The notes under the pieces are model-generated. The model saw only the letters and a list, made by a program, of their open reading frames with translations, did not search any database and had not been told where the DNA came from. From Phoronis australis (lineage: Eukaryota; Animalia; Phoronida), in assembly GCA_002633005.1 (NCBI GenBank), contig NMRA01000043.1, positions 159,463 through 223,462 of the forward strand: DNA of 64,000 nucleotides, in the 5' to 3' direction. Position numbers and translations under genes: made by a program. This document shows positions 1-11,299 of the stretch, in pieces. Positions within the stretch are counted from its first letter, which is position 1; every line of letters begins with the position of its first letter.

Positions 1-905
1 GGATACTTATGGCACTCAGTGGTCAGATTTAGATATAGACTTCAGTGATTATGGATATGAAAGTGTGGATACTTATGGCACTCAGTGGTCAGATTTAGAT
101 ATAGACTTCAGTGATTATGGATATGAAAGTGTGGATACTTATGGCACTCAGTGGTCAGATTTAGATATAGACTTCAGTGATTATGGATATGAAAGTGTGG
201 ACACTTATGGCACTCAGTGGTCAGATTTAGATATAGACTTCAGTGATTATGGATATGAAAGTGTGGATACTTATGGCACTCAGTGGTCACATTTAGATAT
301 AGACTTCAGTGATTATGGATATGAAAGTATGGATATTTATGGCACTCAGTGGTCACATTTAGATATATACTTCATTGATCATGAATATGCAAGTATGGAT
401 AATGATGGCACTCAGTGGTCAGATTTAGACACAGATTTCAGTGATTATGGATATGAAAGTGTGGATACTTATGGCACTCAGTGGTCACATTTAGATATAG
501 ACTTCAGTGATTATGGATACGAAAGTATGGATATTTATGGCACTCAGTGGTCACATTTAGATATATACTTCATTGATCATGAATATGCAAGTATGGATAA
601 TGATGGCACTCAGTGGTCAGATTTAGATACAGATTTCAGTGATTATGGATATGAAAGTGTGGATACTTATTGCACTCAGTGGTCACATTTAGATATAGAC
701 TTCAGTGATTATGGATATGAAAGTATGGATATTTATGGCACTCAGTGGTCACATTTAGATATAGATTTCAGTGATTATGGATATGAAAGTGTGGATATTG
801 ATGGCACTCAGTGGTCAGATTTAGACACAGATTTCAGTGATTATGGATATGAAAGTATGGATACTGATGGCACTCAGTGGTCAGATTTTGTGACAGATTT
901 CAGTG
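1..905. repeat. 66-bp tandem repeat with an internal 198-bp higher-order duplication
   Basis: ggatacttatggcactcagtgg recurs at 1, 67, 133...; the variant unit encoding DIYFIDHEYASM occurs twice, three units apart. Confidence 0.95.
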
Positions 906-949
906 ACCTAGATTATGATGGAGATATGCCACATGGAAAACTTTCTTGA
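2..949 (+). CDS. Acidic Asp/Tyr-rich 22-aa repeat ORF (3' part, open off left edge), antisense within NDUFS2 intron 7
   Basis: 66-bp unit x~14 encoding DTYGTQWSDLDIDFSDYGYESV with no stop or indel; unique tail DLDYDGDMPHGKLS*; several synonymous unit variants (GAT/GAC, TAT/TAC). Confidence 0.5.
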   Translation, partial: DTYGTQWSDLDIDFSDYGYESVDTYGTQWSDLDIDFSDYGYESVDTYGTQWSDLDIDFSDYGYESVDTYGTQWSDLDIDFSDYGYESVDTYGTQWSHLDIDFSDYGYESMDIYGTQWSHLDIYFIDHEYASMDNDGTQWSDLDTDFSDYGYESVDTYGTQWSHLDIDFSDYGYESMDIYGTQWSHLDIYFIDHEYASMDNDGTQWSDLDTDFSDYGYESVDTYCTQWSHLDIDFSDYGYESMDIYGTQWSHLDIDFSDYGYESVDIDGTQWSDLDTDFSDYGYESMDTDGTQWSDFVTDFSDLDYDGDMPHGKLS

Positions 950-1550
950 CATGTTTTCTGGAAATTTAAATGGATTACTTGTAAACAAATGTCTTTGTTT
1001 CTGGAAAACAAAAAGTAAAACTACTTGTTCAACCCTTTATCACTACTAAACTTGGATAAAATTATTTTATATCAACATGAAGCTCATTTACTCAATGCTG
1101 AAAATTTGGTAAGTATATGTTCACTAATGACTAAGTGACGAGGTTTTAATTATGTGCAGTGTTTCTGACCTAGATCTGAGTGAAATACCCTCCGACTTCA
1201 AGGGGGGAAGACACTCCACAGCTCAGCCAGGCCATTAAGCTGTTTATGCCATATGGTGCTCAGGGTCGCATGAGTTAAGATATCGTTTCTATACCCTTGC
1301 CCTACCATAACTGGGTAGGTCAGTAGGTAAATCGTTTTCTTCACTGTTAAGGTGCACAGATTTTTGTTGCCACAAAAATCTAGTCAGATGTGAACCAATG
1401 AAAACATTTTGAGCCGTATACGTATTTCGACAATGGGTAGGAAAGGTGAAACAAACTTAAATTGCCACCATCCAAAAACAAAGCATAACCATACAAACTA
1501 GCCACAGATGAGTACACACAGAGTCAAACAAACTTGAGTGCAAGTCTTAC

Positions 1551-1625
1551 CAGCGCTACACCACCAGGACGAACATAAGCAGCATGTAGACGAGCACCAG
1601 AGACACGCTCATAAAACTCCATCAT
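1551..1625 (-). CDS. NDUFS2: NDUFS2 exon 7 ([25 protein letters not shown])
   Basis: Matches conserved [19 protein letters not shown]; tttttttgcag acceptor, GTAAGA donor, 75 nt, phase 0/0. Confidence 0.97.
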
Positions 1626-2541
1626 CTGCAAAAAAACAATGATGGTGAAACCTACGTGGGACAAATGGTACAGTCGTTAACTCAAGACACAATAAGAAAA
1701 CGCAAGAACCACATTTACCACGGTGTGTTCAGGGGGACTCCATTACCCACCAAGAAATCCCATTTATTCTCCCACACAACTGACTACCGTAACATGTTTC
1801 CCTGCCCTGTAACCAACTGTAACCATCTCCCTATCATATCGTGTCTGTTCCCCTGAGGAAAATGACCAAGAGCAGGATCTCTTAATTTCATACAATAACC
1901 AATAATGGTGGTGTTGCCAGGGGCAACCTACTTCCTGCAGCTACATCTGGCGTGCGTTCAGTAGACGCTAGGACCTATGCTAGGACCTAGCTAAAACCTA
2001 GTCAAAGTCACATGCTCTCATTTAAAATACACGGCCATATCTCACGTAATCTCTCAAAGTCTTGCTTTTTAGCGAGGTCCTAGCGTTACTGAACGAGAGG
2101 CTTGTTAACACTGGACCACACATGGATTGATATCACACATCTTGTTGTTTTTGTTTTGTTTATTCAAATTTTTCTAAATAAAGTCTTATAATTATACAAC
2201 CACGTAAAACTCAGATTATTGAGTGTGATTCCTTGACAATAGAATTTGCAATTTTTCACCTGAACATTTTCCCAATCAAAACTTCAATTAGACAACCCTG
2301 CAATGCTAAAACTATGCAAGATTTATCAGTATTTTATAAAGCTTATAAATGAACAAAACAATTTTCATGTCCAACATAAGTTTACAATTGCTCAAGTATC
2401 AAAATGTTAAGTATTTTGCATTAGTGAAAACTACAATACACAAAAAGGCAAAGACAGAAAGTACGTCACATGAAAGTTCAAAAGAATGCACTTTTACCAA
2501 AATGACAACCAAACAAAAACACGCCCTGACCCTTGCCTTAC

Positions 2542-2654
2542 CTTTTCCCTCTCCTCAAATATCCAAAAGAAGGGTGTCATGGCGCCGACGTCCAACGCAT
2601 GGCACCCAACAGCCATGATGTGGTTGAGTAGACGCGTGATCTCTCCAAACAGGG
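2542..2654 (-). CDS. NDUFS2: NDUFS2 exon 6 ([38 protein letters not shown])
   Basis: Conserved motif; ctctcttgcag acceptor, GTAAGG donor, 113 nt, phases fit exons 5 and 7. Confidence 0.97.
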
Positions 2655-2817
2655 CTGCAAGAGAGACACGTTACAGTATAATGTCTGTTCCATGTCAGGC
2701 ACCCACAAGATCATGTGGAATCTTAGCTTTTTTACAATTTTATCACATGGTGACAATTAAACATGCGCATTTCATTTACTATGCACAGCTAATTTATTCG
2801 ACCACTAACACAAACAT

Positions 2818-4090
2818 AAACAAGAGCAACGCGGAGCGTGGAAATGCACCCACGAATGCATTGCAAATGGTGTGCTTTTAGGGTTGTTTATTTGTATCAT
2901 AAAAATGTAATCCGGATGGCGCAAAAACCTACAATCCATCCAAAAACAGGAACATGCCCTATTTCATAAAAATCTGTAAGGAACTTCAGAGAAACAAAGG
3001 AAAACAGAATAAAATGAAATTGCCACTAGTGGGCACAGTGTCCGTCGGATCCTCCTGAAAGTGGTCGTCGTCTGTTGTTATCTTCATATAAATACATTTA
3101 TTAAATTTAGTAAAGATCCTGCAGTTGGTTAAGGAGATACAACTATGGGCGCAAAACAAAACTACCACTAGGAGGCGCCACAGTAATCAGTCACCATCAT
3201 CAAAGGTCGTCTTCACACTGAGAACATATATGCCAATTTTCAAATGATATGGTTGATACAGGGATGGACACCAAAAACAAGATTTGAAAACAGCAAAAGT
3301 GACCACTAGGTGGTGCAAAATACCTTGATTCCATCCAAAAACAGGTAGATAGCATCATCACACCAATAGATGCCTATATTAAAAATTTTATGAAAATCTG
3401 TTGAGGACCTTTGAAGATACTGAGTTAACTTACAAAACTAACACTAGGGGGCACAACAGTACTCAGATCAGTCTGAAAGACGTCGTCATCCGTAGTCAAC
3501 ATCATATAAATACACTTGCTAAATTAAGTAAAGATCCTGCAAACGGTTTAGGAGATACAGCCATAGGCGCAACAAAAACAAAACTGCCACTAGGTGGCGC
3601 CACAGTAGTCAAAATCGTCGGAAAATCATCGTCAACCGTCCACTTTATAGTAAGCACATACATGCCAATTTTCACAATCACCCTTTGAGCGGTTTGGTTG
3701 ATAGAAGGGTGAATGCAAAAAAACAAAAAAACAGCAAAAATGGCCACTAGGTGGCGCCAACTACGTCGAATCCATCCAAAAACGGGAGGATAGCGTCATC
3801 TCACTAATAGGTGCCTACATATCAAATTTCATGAAAATCCGTCTCGGACTTTTGAAGATACAAACTAGGTAAATGTAAAAAAAAATTGCCACTAGGGGGC
3901 ACACCGGTAGTCGGATCCATCTGAGAGTTCGCTCATGCCGTCCCATTCATGAATGGAACATGTATGCGAAATTTCATGAACGTATGTCAAAGGGTTTTGG
4001 AGACAGAGCAGCGGACGCCGGACACTGGACGTCGGATGGACGCCGCCCGGACGCACGGAGATGACGGCATAATGCGTCCACACATAAAAA
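2818..4090 (+). mobile_element. Non-autonomous repeat with internal subunits rich in CCACTAGRKGGCRC motifs (possibly Helitron/Helentron-like)
   Basis: Starts aaacaagagcaacgcggagcg, ends cacacataaaa; homologous reverse-orientation copies at ~34.9-38.2 kb and 40.7-42.8 kb, with end fragments at 44.5-44.9 kb. Confidence 0.75.
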
Positions 4091-4578
4091 TGAAATGCTT
4101 TCTAACTGTGATTTAACAAAGTCCTAAAATGAATACTCTGATGATCACGATAGTTTCATTCTAACTAACTTTTGAATACAAACAAAGCTCATGTGAAATT
4201 CTTTTGATTGGAACCAAACAGAGCTATGCAGCACAAAAAGGGTTTTACTTTACAGCTGCATTTCACCCTGTTGAGAAGGCTGAACATGGAAAAAGGAATT
4301 AGGTCAGTTACTTTCATACAATAAGTCTCAAATTATTCCTTACCAGTTCAACTCAACTTGAGAAGGTAATACAAACAAAAGCCTATCACAGCATGGTATA
4401 TTGTCAGACCTATTTTATGAGATTGAAAGACCTAATTCAATTTTCGGTTTGGGGGGTTTAAATTTTGTTTTTCCATCTTCACTGTTCAGTTAAATAAGAT
4501 TTTCAAACTTTGCTGTTCATGTTGTACACACATTACATTCCCACAACGACTACACAATCAAACACCCAGACAACCTAC

Positions 4579-4699
4579 TGCGGATCATCTTAGCTCTTGG
4601 TGGCACTTCAATATTGAGTAGTTTCTCAACAGCTAGACAGTATGCTTGTTCATTGCACATCATCGACACATAGTCGAGTCTGTCAAAGTAGGGCAGCGC
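4579..4699 (-). CDS. NDUFS2: NDUFS2 exon 5 ([40 protein letters not shown])
   Basis: Contains the RLDY quinone-site motif; ctttccttcag acceptor, GTAGGT donor, 121 nt. Confidence 0.98.
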
Positions 4700-5783
4700 C
4701 TGAAGGAAAGACCAGAACAAGGGGTCACTTAATGATTCTAAAGAAAGTTTATCAGGGGTCTGTTTCATGGAATGTGACTTCAGACTTATGCTCCACATAC
4801 GTATTTATGAAAAAATAATTAAAATTCACTTAAGCAAAAATAGTAAGTATCTGAGAACATATTCATAATTTTAAGTCACAGGGATAATTTGTGAAAATCA
4901 TTTCTAGGGTGTGAAATACATTGCTAAACCTTTATTCAGCAATTGTGAAGTGAGAGTGCAAGACCAAATTTCTCTCTTAAGTCACTTTTCATGAAATAGG
5001 CCCCAGGAAATACTTGACGCATAACCAAACTAACATAATGGACTAACATTTATAACAGTTACATGTTCCTGGAAAGATTTTGTAGCAGATTGGACCCTGC
5101 ACCCAGGATATTAGTTTTTGTCATGAAATGAAAAATGAATGCACACAGCTTTTTTTGGTTGATAATCAGAAATAATTTCTTGAGTGAGTTCACATCAGCA
5201 ATTTCATGTCAATGATATGCAATGACATAAATGGTTAACAAGAATTCATATTAACGGTTGATATAATATTTCATGACAGGTTTGTCATGAATCACGATAA
5301 CTTGAGTGAGTAATGTCTTATCATTGAGCAATGATAATTATCAAGAGGCTTTCGATGAATGATACTACGAATGTTGGCCAGACTGACGATCAATTATCAT
5401 CAGCCTAATATAAACTTTCATATTGTAGTAAATGTTGGCGTCAATCTCAGCTGTGGCGTCTCTATGTTGTGAGGTCCTTTTCGTTACAATGTTGGTCTTG
5501 GCCTGGTGCGACACCTGAAGCCAGAAGTGGTCACCCTGTCATCACGTGACCAGTCACTTCTCAAGACCATGTGACAAGATCGTCTGGGCTTTCTGGAGTT
5601 TGCGGCCGTCCTGTGCGGACGTGATGTAAGTACACTCTAGACTTTACTCTTTCACCGTGTTAATAGGCCGAACCTGTGTGTCTGCTTGGCCAGCCAACCC
5701 AGGTAATACAACAATATCAACCAAAATGGGTGAGGTTATAAGAGCTCAGTTGAACATGACAGTGACTCATACGTGACCTATAC

Positions 5784-5864
5784 CTGTGTGAAAGTCTTGT
5801 ACTCTATAAGTTTCTCTGTGGCTCGATGAAGAAGGCCAATGTGTGGATCAGCTCTGACTATGGT
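5784..5864 (-). CDS. NDUFS2: NDUFS2 exon 4 ([27 protein letters not shown])
   Basis: Conserved [19 protein letters not shown]; ctaatttcag acceptor, GTATAG donor, 81 nt. Confidence 0.97.
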
Positions 5865-6430
5865 CTGAAATTAGAACAAGTCTATACATTAACAAGTAAC
5901 TGTGCCTATAACTAGTACAGCACTTTACCAGCCCTCACTATTATGGTGTGTATTTACAACCAGTTGATACTAGTAACAGTGCCAGGAAACATTACATCAG
6001 CTTCAACAGAATGTGCAACATGCAATCTTCATAACTTGACTCTTTTGTCAATATACCGTACATGTAATTAGATACCAAAAGATTTGAAATCATAACTGAA
6101 GAACAACCCGTGCTGGGTTTGAAAGCTTGGACTTTTCAAAAATGTTGACTTTTTTGATGCCTTCTTTTTACATACGTTTGAAGACGCAGATTTTTGGGCT
6201 TCTGGGTTTGGGTTTCTGTGGTATGTAATTCGTCAGATCAGAAATAGCGATATCTGACATCTGAACGGCTTGATATTACAAGACTGGCCAGGCAACATCA
6301 CACATAATGGAAGTCACCGTACCATGTTTTCATAAATAAGAGGACAGAAGTTTCGTTGGTACTACATAAATATCCAGTGTTCCCTTCTACAAATTCTATT
6401 GTTTACAAGTTACATAACAGGGCAACAGCA

Positions 6431-6620
6431 CTTATTTGCCAGCCAATGTGTAGTTTCTAGAATAGTCAATGTATGCCATTCTCAACCCCTTGAGACTTAT
6501 TTGCCAGTCAGTGTGTAGCTTCAAGAATATTCACTGTATGTCATTGTCAACCCCTTGAGACCTATTTGCCAGTCAGTGTGTAGCTTCAAGAATATTCACT
6601 GTATGTCATTGTCATCTTGA
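6431..6620. repeat. 65-bp tandem repeat, ~3 copies
   Basis: c(t/c)tatttgccag recurs at 6431, 6496 and 6561. Confidence 0.85.
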
Positions 6621-6688
6621 GATTGTGTTCACAATATCTCACACACTGGCATTATAATAATGAGTAATGACCAACTACTCATACTTAC

Positions 6689-6798
6689 CTCCCCGTCCAA
6701 TGTTAAGACCAGACGCAGAACACCGTGGGCAGCGGGATGCTGCGGACCGAAATTTAATACAATGTTCTTTACTATCTTCTCTCGAACCTCCGCATTTT
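6689..6798 (-). CDS. NDUFS2: NDUFS2 exon 3 ([37 protein letters not shown])
   Basis: Diagnostic [15 protein letters not shown] motif; ttgttttcag acceptor, GTAAGT donor, 110 nt. Confidence 0.98.
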
Positions 6799-7346
6799 CT
6801 GAAAACAAATAATCACAGTCAACCATTAGCACCAACAGCACCATTAGCACCAACACCAACCATTAGCACCAACAGCACTCTCACAAAGTTTAGTACTGAC
6901 TATAATCCTGATGATATTGAGTATTATTGAAATGTTGATATGAAGCACAGCATCCCGTTTTTACAAAAAAATTAATGTAAAACACAAAAAAGTTAGCAAC
7001 AACTGGGCAGAGTGCAGCTTGAACTTGCATTTATATAACTTGTATGAAGTAACAACTGGGCAGAGTGCAGCTTAAACCTGTATTTATATTCAAATTCAAC
7101 ATTTATGCTTTTGAAGCAGAACTTAAATATCATACGTGCTCTTAACTAAGTATTTAGATGAAGTCATGTTGAAACGCAAGGTCACTCAAGAGACACATCT
7201 TAGTCAGCATTATCCAATAACAAATAACAGAGCTAATGAATAATTTACTGTAGTTTCAAACTGAAAATTCCATTTTATTTTCCTTAAATCTGTTCCATTT
7301 CTTATAAAACTGTTTCATTTCTGTTCAAAATGCTTTCTCAAAGGAA

Positions 7347-7821
7347 CAGGGCTTGGAATGACCAATGACAAAAAACGCGGAAACTTTTATGGCCCAAATC
7401 ATGCGCGCTACCCAGCCTTGAAATGGTCGATGTGAACCTTTACCCGACAAAAATCGGGAGGACTATAAAAAAAAACAAAAAAAAAAACGTTACCACCATC
7501 AGTAGCATGCGTCTGCGTCCTTTTAGCTCGTCGGTCCACTCTCAACCCACACATTTTTGGCTGCAGAGCCGTAGTATTTGTCGCCGCGGTTTACAATAAC
7601 ACGACACGCCATTGAAAATCCCACCTCGCTATCCCTGATATCCCGGCAATGTTGACAATTTACGTTCCTCCGAAACATAAAGAGCAACTTCCGCTTTTCG
7701 CGGTGCCGCGGAAATTTTAGATCAAATACGATTTTTTTTACGCGGAAATATAATAAAATGCGCGGACAGAACATTTGAAAAAAGCGGAAATCCGCGTTTC
7801 CGCGGAAAATTCCAAGCCCTG
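7347..7821. mobile_element. MITE with 13-bp TIR CAGGGCTTGGAAT and 6-bp TSD AAGGAA (hAT-like)
   Basis: TIRs and TSD visible; closely similar inverted copy at 26290-26799. Confidence 0.9.
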
Positions 7822-8244
7822 AAGGAAATAAAACGAGTCACAAGTCGCAGCTGATTATCTAGGCTGTCTTACATATCGTCAGGCAGCGCAGCTCCATTCC
7901 ACCCATGACTGGCTGCATGCAATGCTGAATGTTTTCCAAAATAAGAAAAACAACAGCATAGTAATTAGAAAGAATGTACAACTACTTGAACTTGCCGGAT
8001 GCGAAGCGATCACCGATCGAGTTGTGGCCAGAATTGGTCACCAGTAATGAATTTGATGGATTACACTCCTACACCAGGTTACTGATAATCAGAAACAATA
8101 GAATGCAAGCATCTTCTACTGAAATTTTTTTAGTATGTTCAAAGCCTATAATTCAACAAAAGAAATCTGATTCTGTGAATTCCGTCCACTGTCTGCTACC
8201 CAAAACTCATTGTCGCTGAAATAACTTTTGATGCAGTTAAGTAC

Positions 8245-8354
8245 CATTCCACTCAGGGAGTTTCCACTTGGAGGATTCTTCATCTGGATACATGACAGGT
8301 AGACTATACTGTTCATAGTACTTCTTGTCTGGCAGCCAGACCTTACCAGCATGT
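8245..8354 (-). CDS. NDUFS2: NDUFS2 exon 2 (R-HAGKVWLPDKKYYEQYSLPVMYPDEESSKWKLPEWN)
   Basis: Aligns with vertebrate W.PD.EW..QF...VMYP....W..P.WN; gatatttcag acceptor, GTACTT donor; 110 nt, phase 2 in, phase 1 out. Confidence 0.93.
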
Positions 8355-8578
8355 CTGAAATATCAAATTTAAAATTACAAAAAGTTCTGGATTTTCTGTA
8401 AAGAACATGTTGCCAACTTAAAATTATTGCTGATTTCATTGCTAAAAAACATTCATAGCTGCTATTTTCTGCAATAATTATCGTTCACTTATTTTGATTT
8501 TTCAAAAGTTCAAGCGAACCAACTTGTCTCATCGGACAAACAACACTGTCATGAACTTGTCTGGATGGTATACAATCT

Positions 8579-9953
8579 CAGTGGCGGATCTACGTTTTCA
8601 GTAAGAGGGGGGTTTAGGATTCCCGCAAAGCTGGAATCCTAGGTGCGTGGCACCGAGCGGGGGAACCCCCCTCCCGTGTAAGACATATTTTTGTTTTTGT
8701 AGCCAAATTGTGAAATTTCCATGCATCCTGGTAAGTTTCTGGCACTTAACATGCCCCTGGAGTTTTTCTTAAGATAATTAAAAACCCTTCTCGATTTCGT
8801 CGCATGAACTTGGCTTCGTGAAACCATATTGTGCACATCTGGGTATAAGTCACGCCACCAGCAAAATTTTTTGTTGGAACATCTGCTTACATACACATTT
8901 TTTAGCCCACAAAAAGTCATATACGAAAAGTGTGGTGTGTATACAGGGGTTTAGACAACGCTTGCACTTCGTCAACTGCTGTATCAATGAGTTAGTAAAC
9001 CTCTACAATGTCAGCATCTCGTTTCACATCTCAGTTGGCATTAAGACCCTTGAGGTTGTCAAGTCCATTCAAAAGACTTACATGCCCAACTGAATTTGAT
9101 CCGTTTATCATGGACTACTTCAAACCTTAGTGATGTATCCCAGGACCTATTTGCATATCTTGCAATTTTCGAAATAAACGTCCCAATGTCTGAACGCTTG
9201 AAACCTGAAGTACTAACATCAAATAAATGCCCATGGGCATGAGCGTTTCATCGGGTGGGCCTTTCTGCGGAAATTCCCAGTATAGAAGACGGCAGTGTGT
9301 TTATTGCAGGTAAAAGATAGTAGGTGTTGAGGTCGGAACTAGGGCTCCTTAGGAGGCCTATTGAACATCGCACGAGTCCCACAAGACTTTGTTGTGAAAA
9401 AAAGCCTCTCCACAATTTCTGGTACTGTACACTGTTTGCGAATGTGGTCACTGCGCAAGACAACTTCACTATACATCAGTTACAAACGTGTGGAGTATAG
9501 AAAATGACACGGCATAACAGATGAGGTAAAAACGTTGCACGTCAATTCGCCTGAATATCAGGGTTGCGGCACCACAGTATTTCCCTTAATCAAATCAAAG
9601 CAGATCTTAGAGTAAAGAAGCTAGTTACATAAAGAAATCAGCTATAGAACTGCTCTTTCAGCGGTGGATCCATCTAAAATGCTTGGCTACTTCAGAAGTG
9701 TCGACGGAAGCGCGCGCACAATTGATCTCCGCGCGTTTTACCGATGAGCCACTAAGACTCAGCAATTCACAATGCAAAAAATTATATTTTCAAAGTGAGC
9801 CCCCCCTCAATTTTTTCCAAGTTGGTTTACTTGGGTTTACACACACTATTGGTGCTGTTTTTGTTTTGCTGGAGACGTTTTTTTATTTTTGGGTCCTAGC
9901 AAAGGCGGGGGGTTTAAACCCCCTGAACCCCTCCCCCCATAGATCCACCACTG
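8579..9953. mobile_element. hAT-like element(s) with CAGTGG(C/T)GGATCTA termini
   Basis: cagtggcggatcta at 8579, tagatccaccactg at 9953, a further internal end at ~9659; no clear TSD. Confidence 0.55.
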
Positions 9954-11299
9954 AAACTGCTAGTCCCGGATGGTCAGAGTATAAAGGTCAAAGTATTTTT
10001 CAATAAAAGCTCCCATCTACAAGTCATCAGCAAGTTAGCAGCAGAAGGTGGCTCTCAAATTGGGAGAATTTCTCAAGATCAGGTGAATTCTCGAAAATAG
10101 AAGAATTTTTTGTCTAGATCTGGAGATATTCTCCCAATTGGGGAAATGAAATTCTCAGAGTGTCTAGGGGAAAAAGTTATCAATCATGGAATTGGTTTGA
10201 CAGACTGATCACCTAACAACGCTGTACAATCAACCCAAGTACAACAAACCTCTTAGAACTTACTAAAATAACCTTTAGTTCACCAAAATTCACCACTGAC
10301 CAAATCAATTTTCTAGGAATAACAAAAATTAATTGATGTATCCTAAAGCCAGTCAAATTTCTCCCAATACAATGAAATTCTACTGAATTGAGAACCTGCT
10401 TCAGCTGGTCAGTGACACAGTACACATACATGTCACACACAGTAGCCAGCCAGCTAGTTGTATGAAGACTATCGTCAAAATATAGACATGCATCATTGTG
10501 TGTTGAGTTCCATTAGACCCCGAAATTTCACACAGTCCGGGTAGTTCTGTTCGTCACCTAGTTATGAAACTGATTTCAACATGTAGAGCTAACCACCGGC
10601 CGGGGCGCATGCAAAATCTGGGAGTCATTCGACACTCACCTTGCCCATAGCAGCCGTTTAAGTGAAAAAGAATCTAATTAATGTCATTTTCTTGCATAAT
10701 TCTCTGCCTTTTGTAAGAAAGAAAAATCTTATCATTTTGAATACAGTAGGCTCGTGACAAGCACCATTTCCTAAAATTTTGCAACATCTCTCGGGAGATG
10801 ATGACAGCTTCGCAGCACCATAATTTGTTCTGAAATTTGGTTTGCTAGTACTAAAATACTAAAAACTTGTAGCAAAATGAAACCAGTTTCCATAACTTGT
10901 TGCGACACATATGCAACCTCGTGGAAAAACAGTGGATTGAAGAATTGGACGAAAAAGAAACTGGCCAATAAGTGATGCAATATTTCCTGGCACCGAAAGC
11001 CGACACCTAAGATCGCTCCACAACTTTAGCAGCAGAATAACAGTAGAACACCAATTCTTCCAACATAAGTAAATAATTTAGATTACCCAAGGAAGAGTGT
11101 AGCTTTTAATGACACAAATTTTGGTGTCAGATTTAATTTGTTCATCTTTTACCAACATCAGCACAAAGTTGAATATTTTAGAATAGTATACAGCTATGCA
11201 CCAAGGCTACATACAAAGTTGTATAGGAATGAGATTTACCACGACTAATTCTGCTGCGTGGCAGCTGAGGACAAAAATGAAAACGCTCCGAGGAGCGAA

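Noticed and set aside
7873-7912. Possible extra NDUFS2 cassette exon with GTAAGA donor
   Set aside because: 40 nt, breaks frame, weak polypyrimidine tract; exons 2 and 3 already join in frame.
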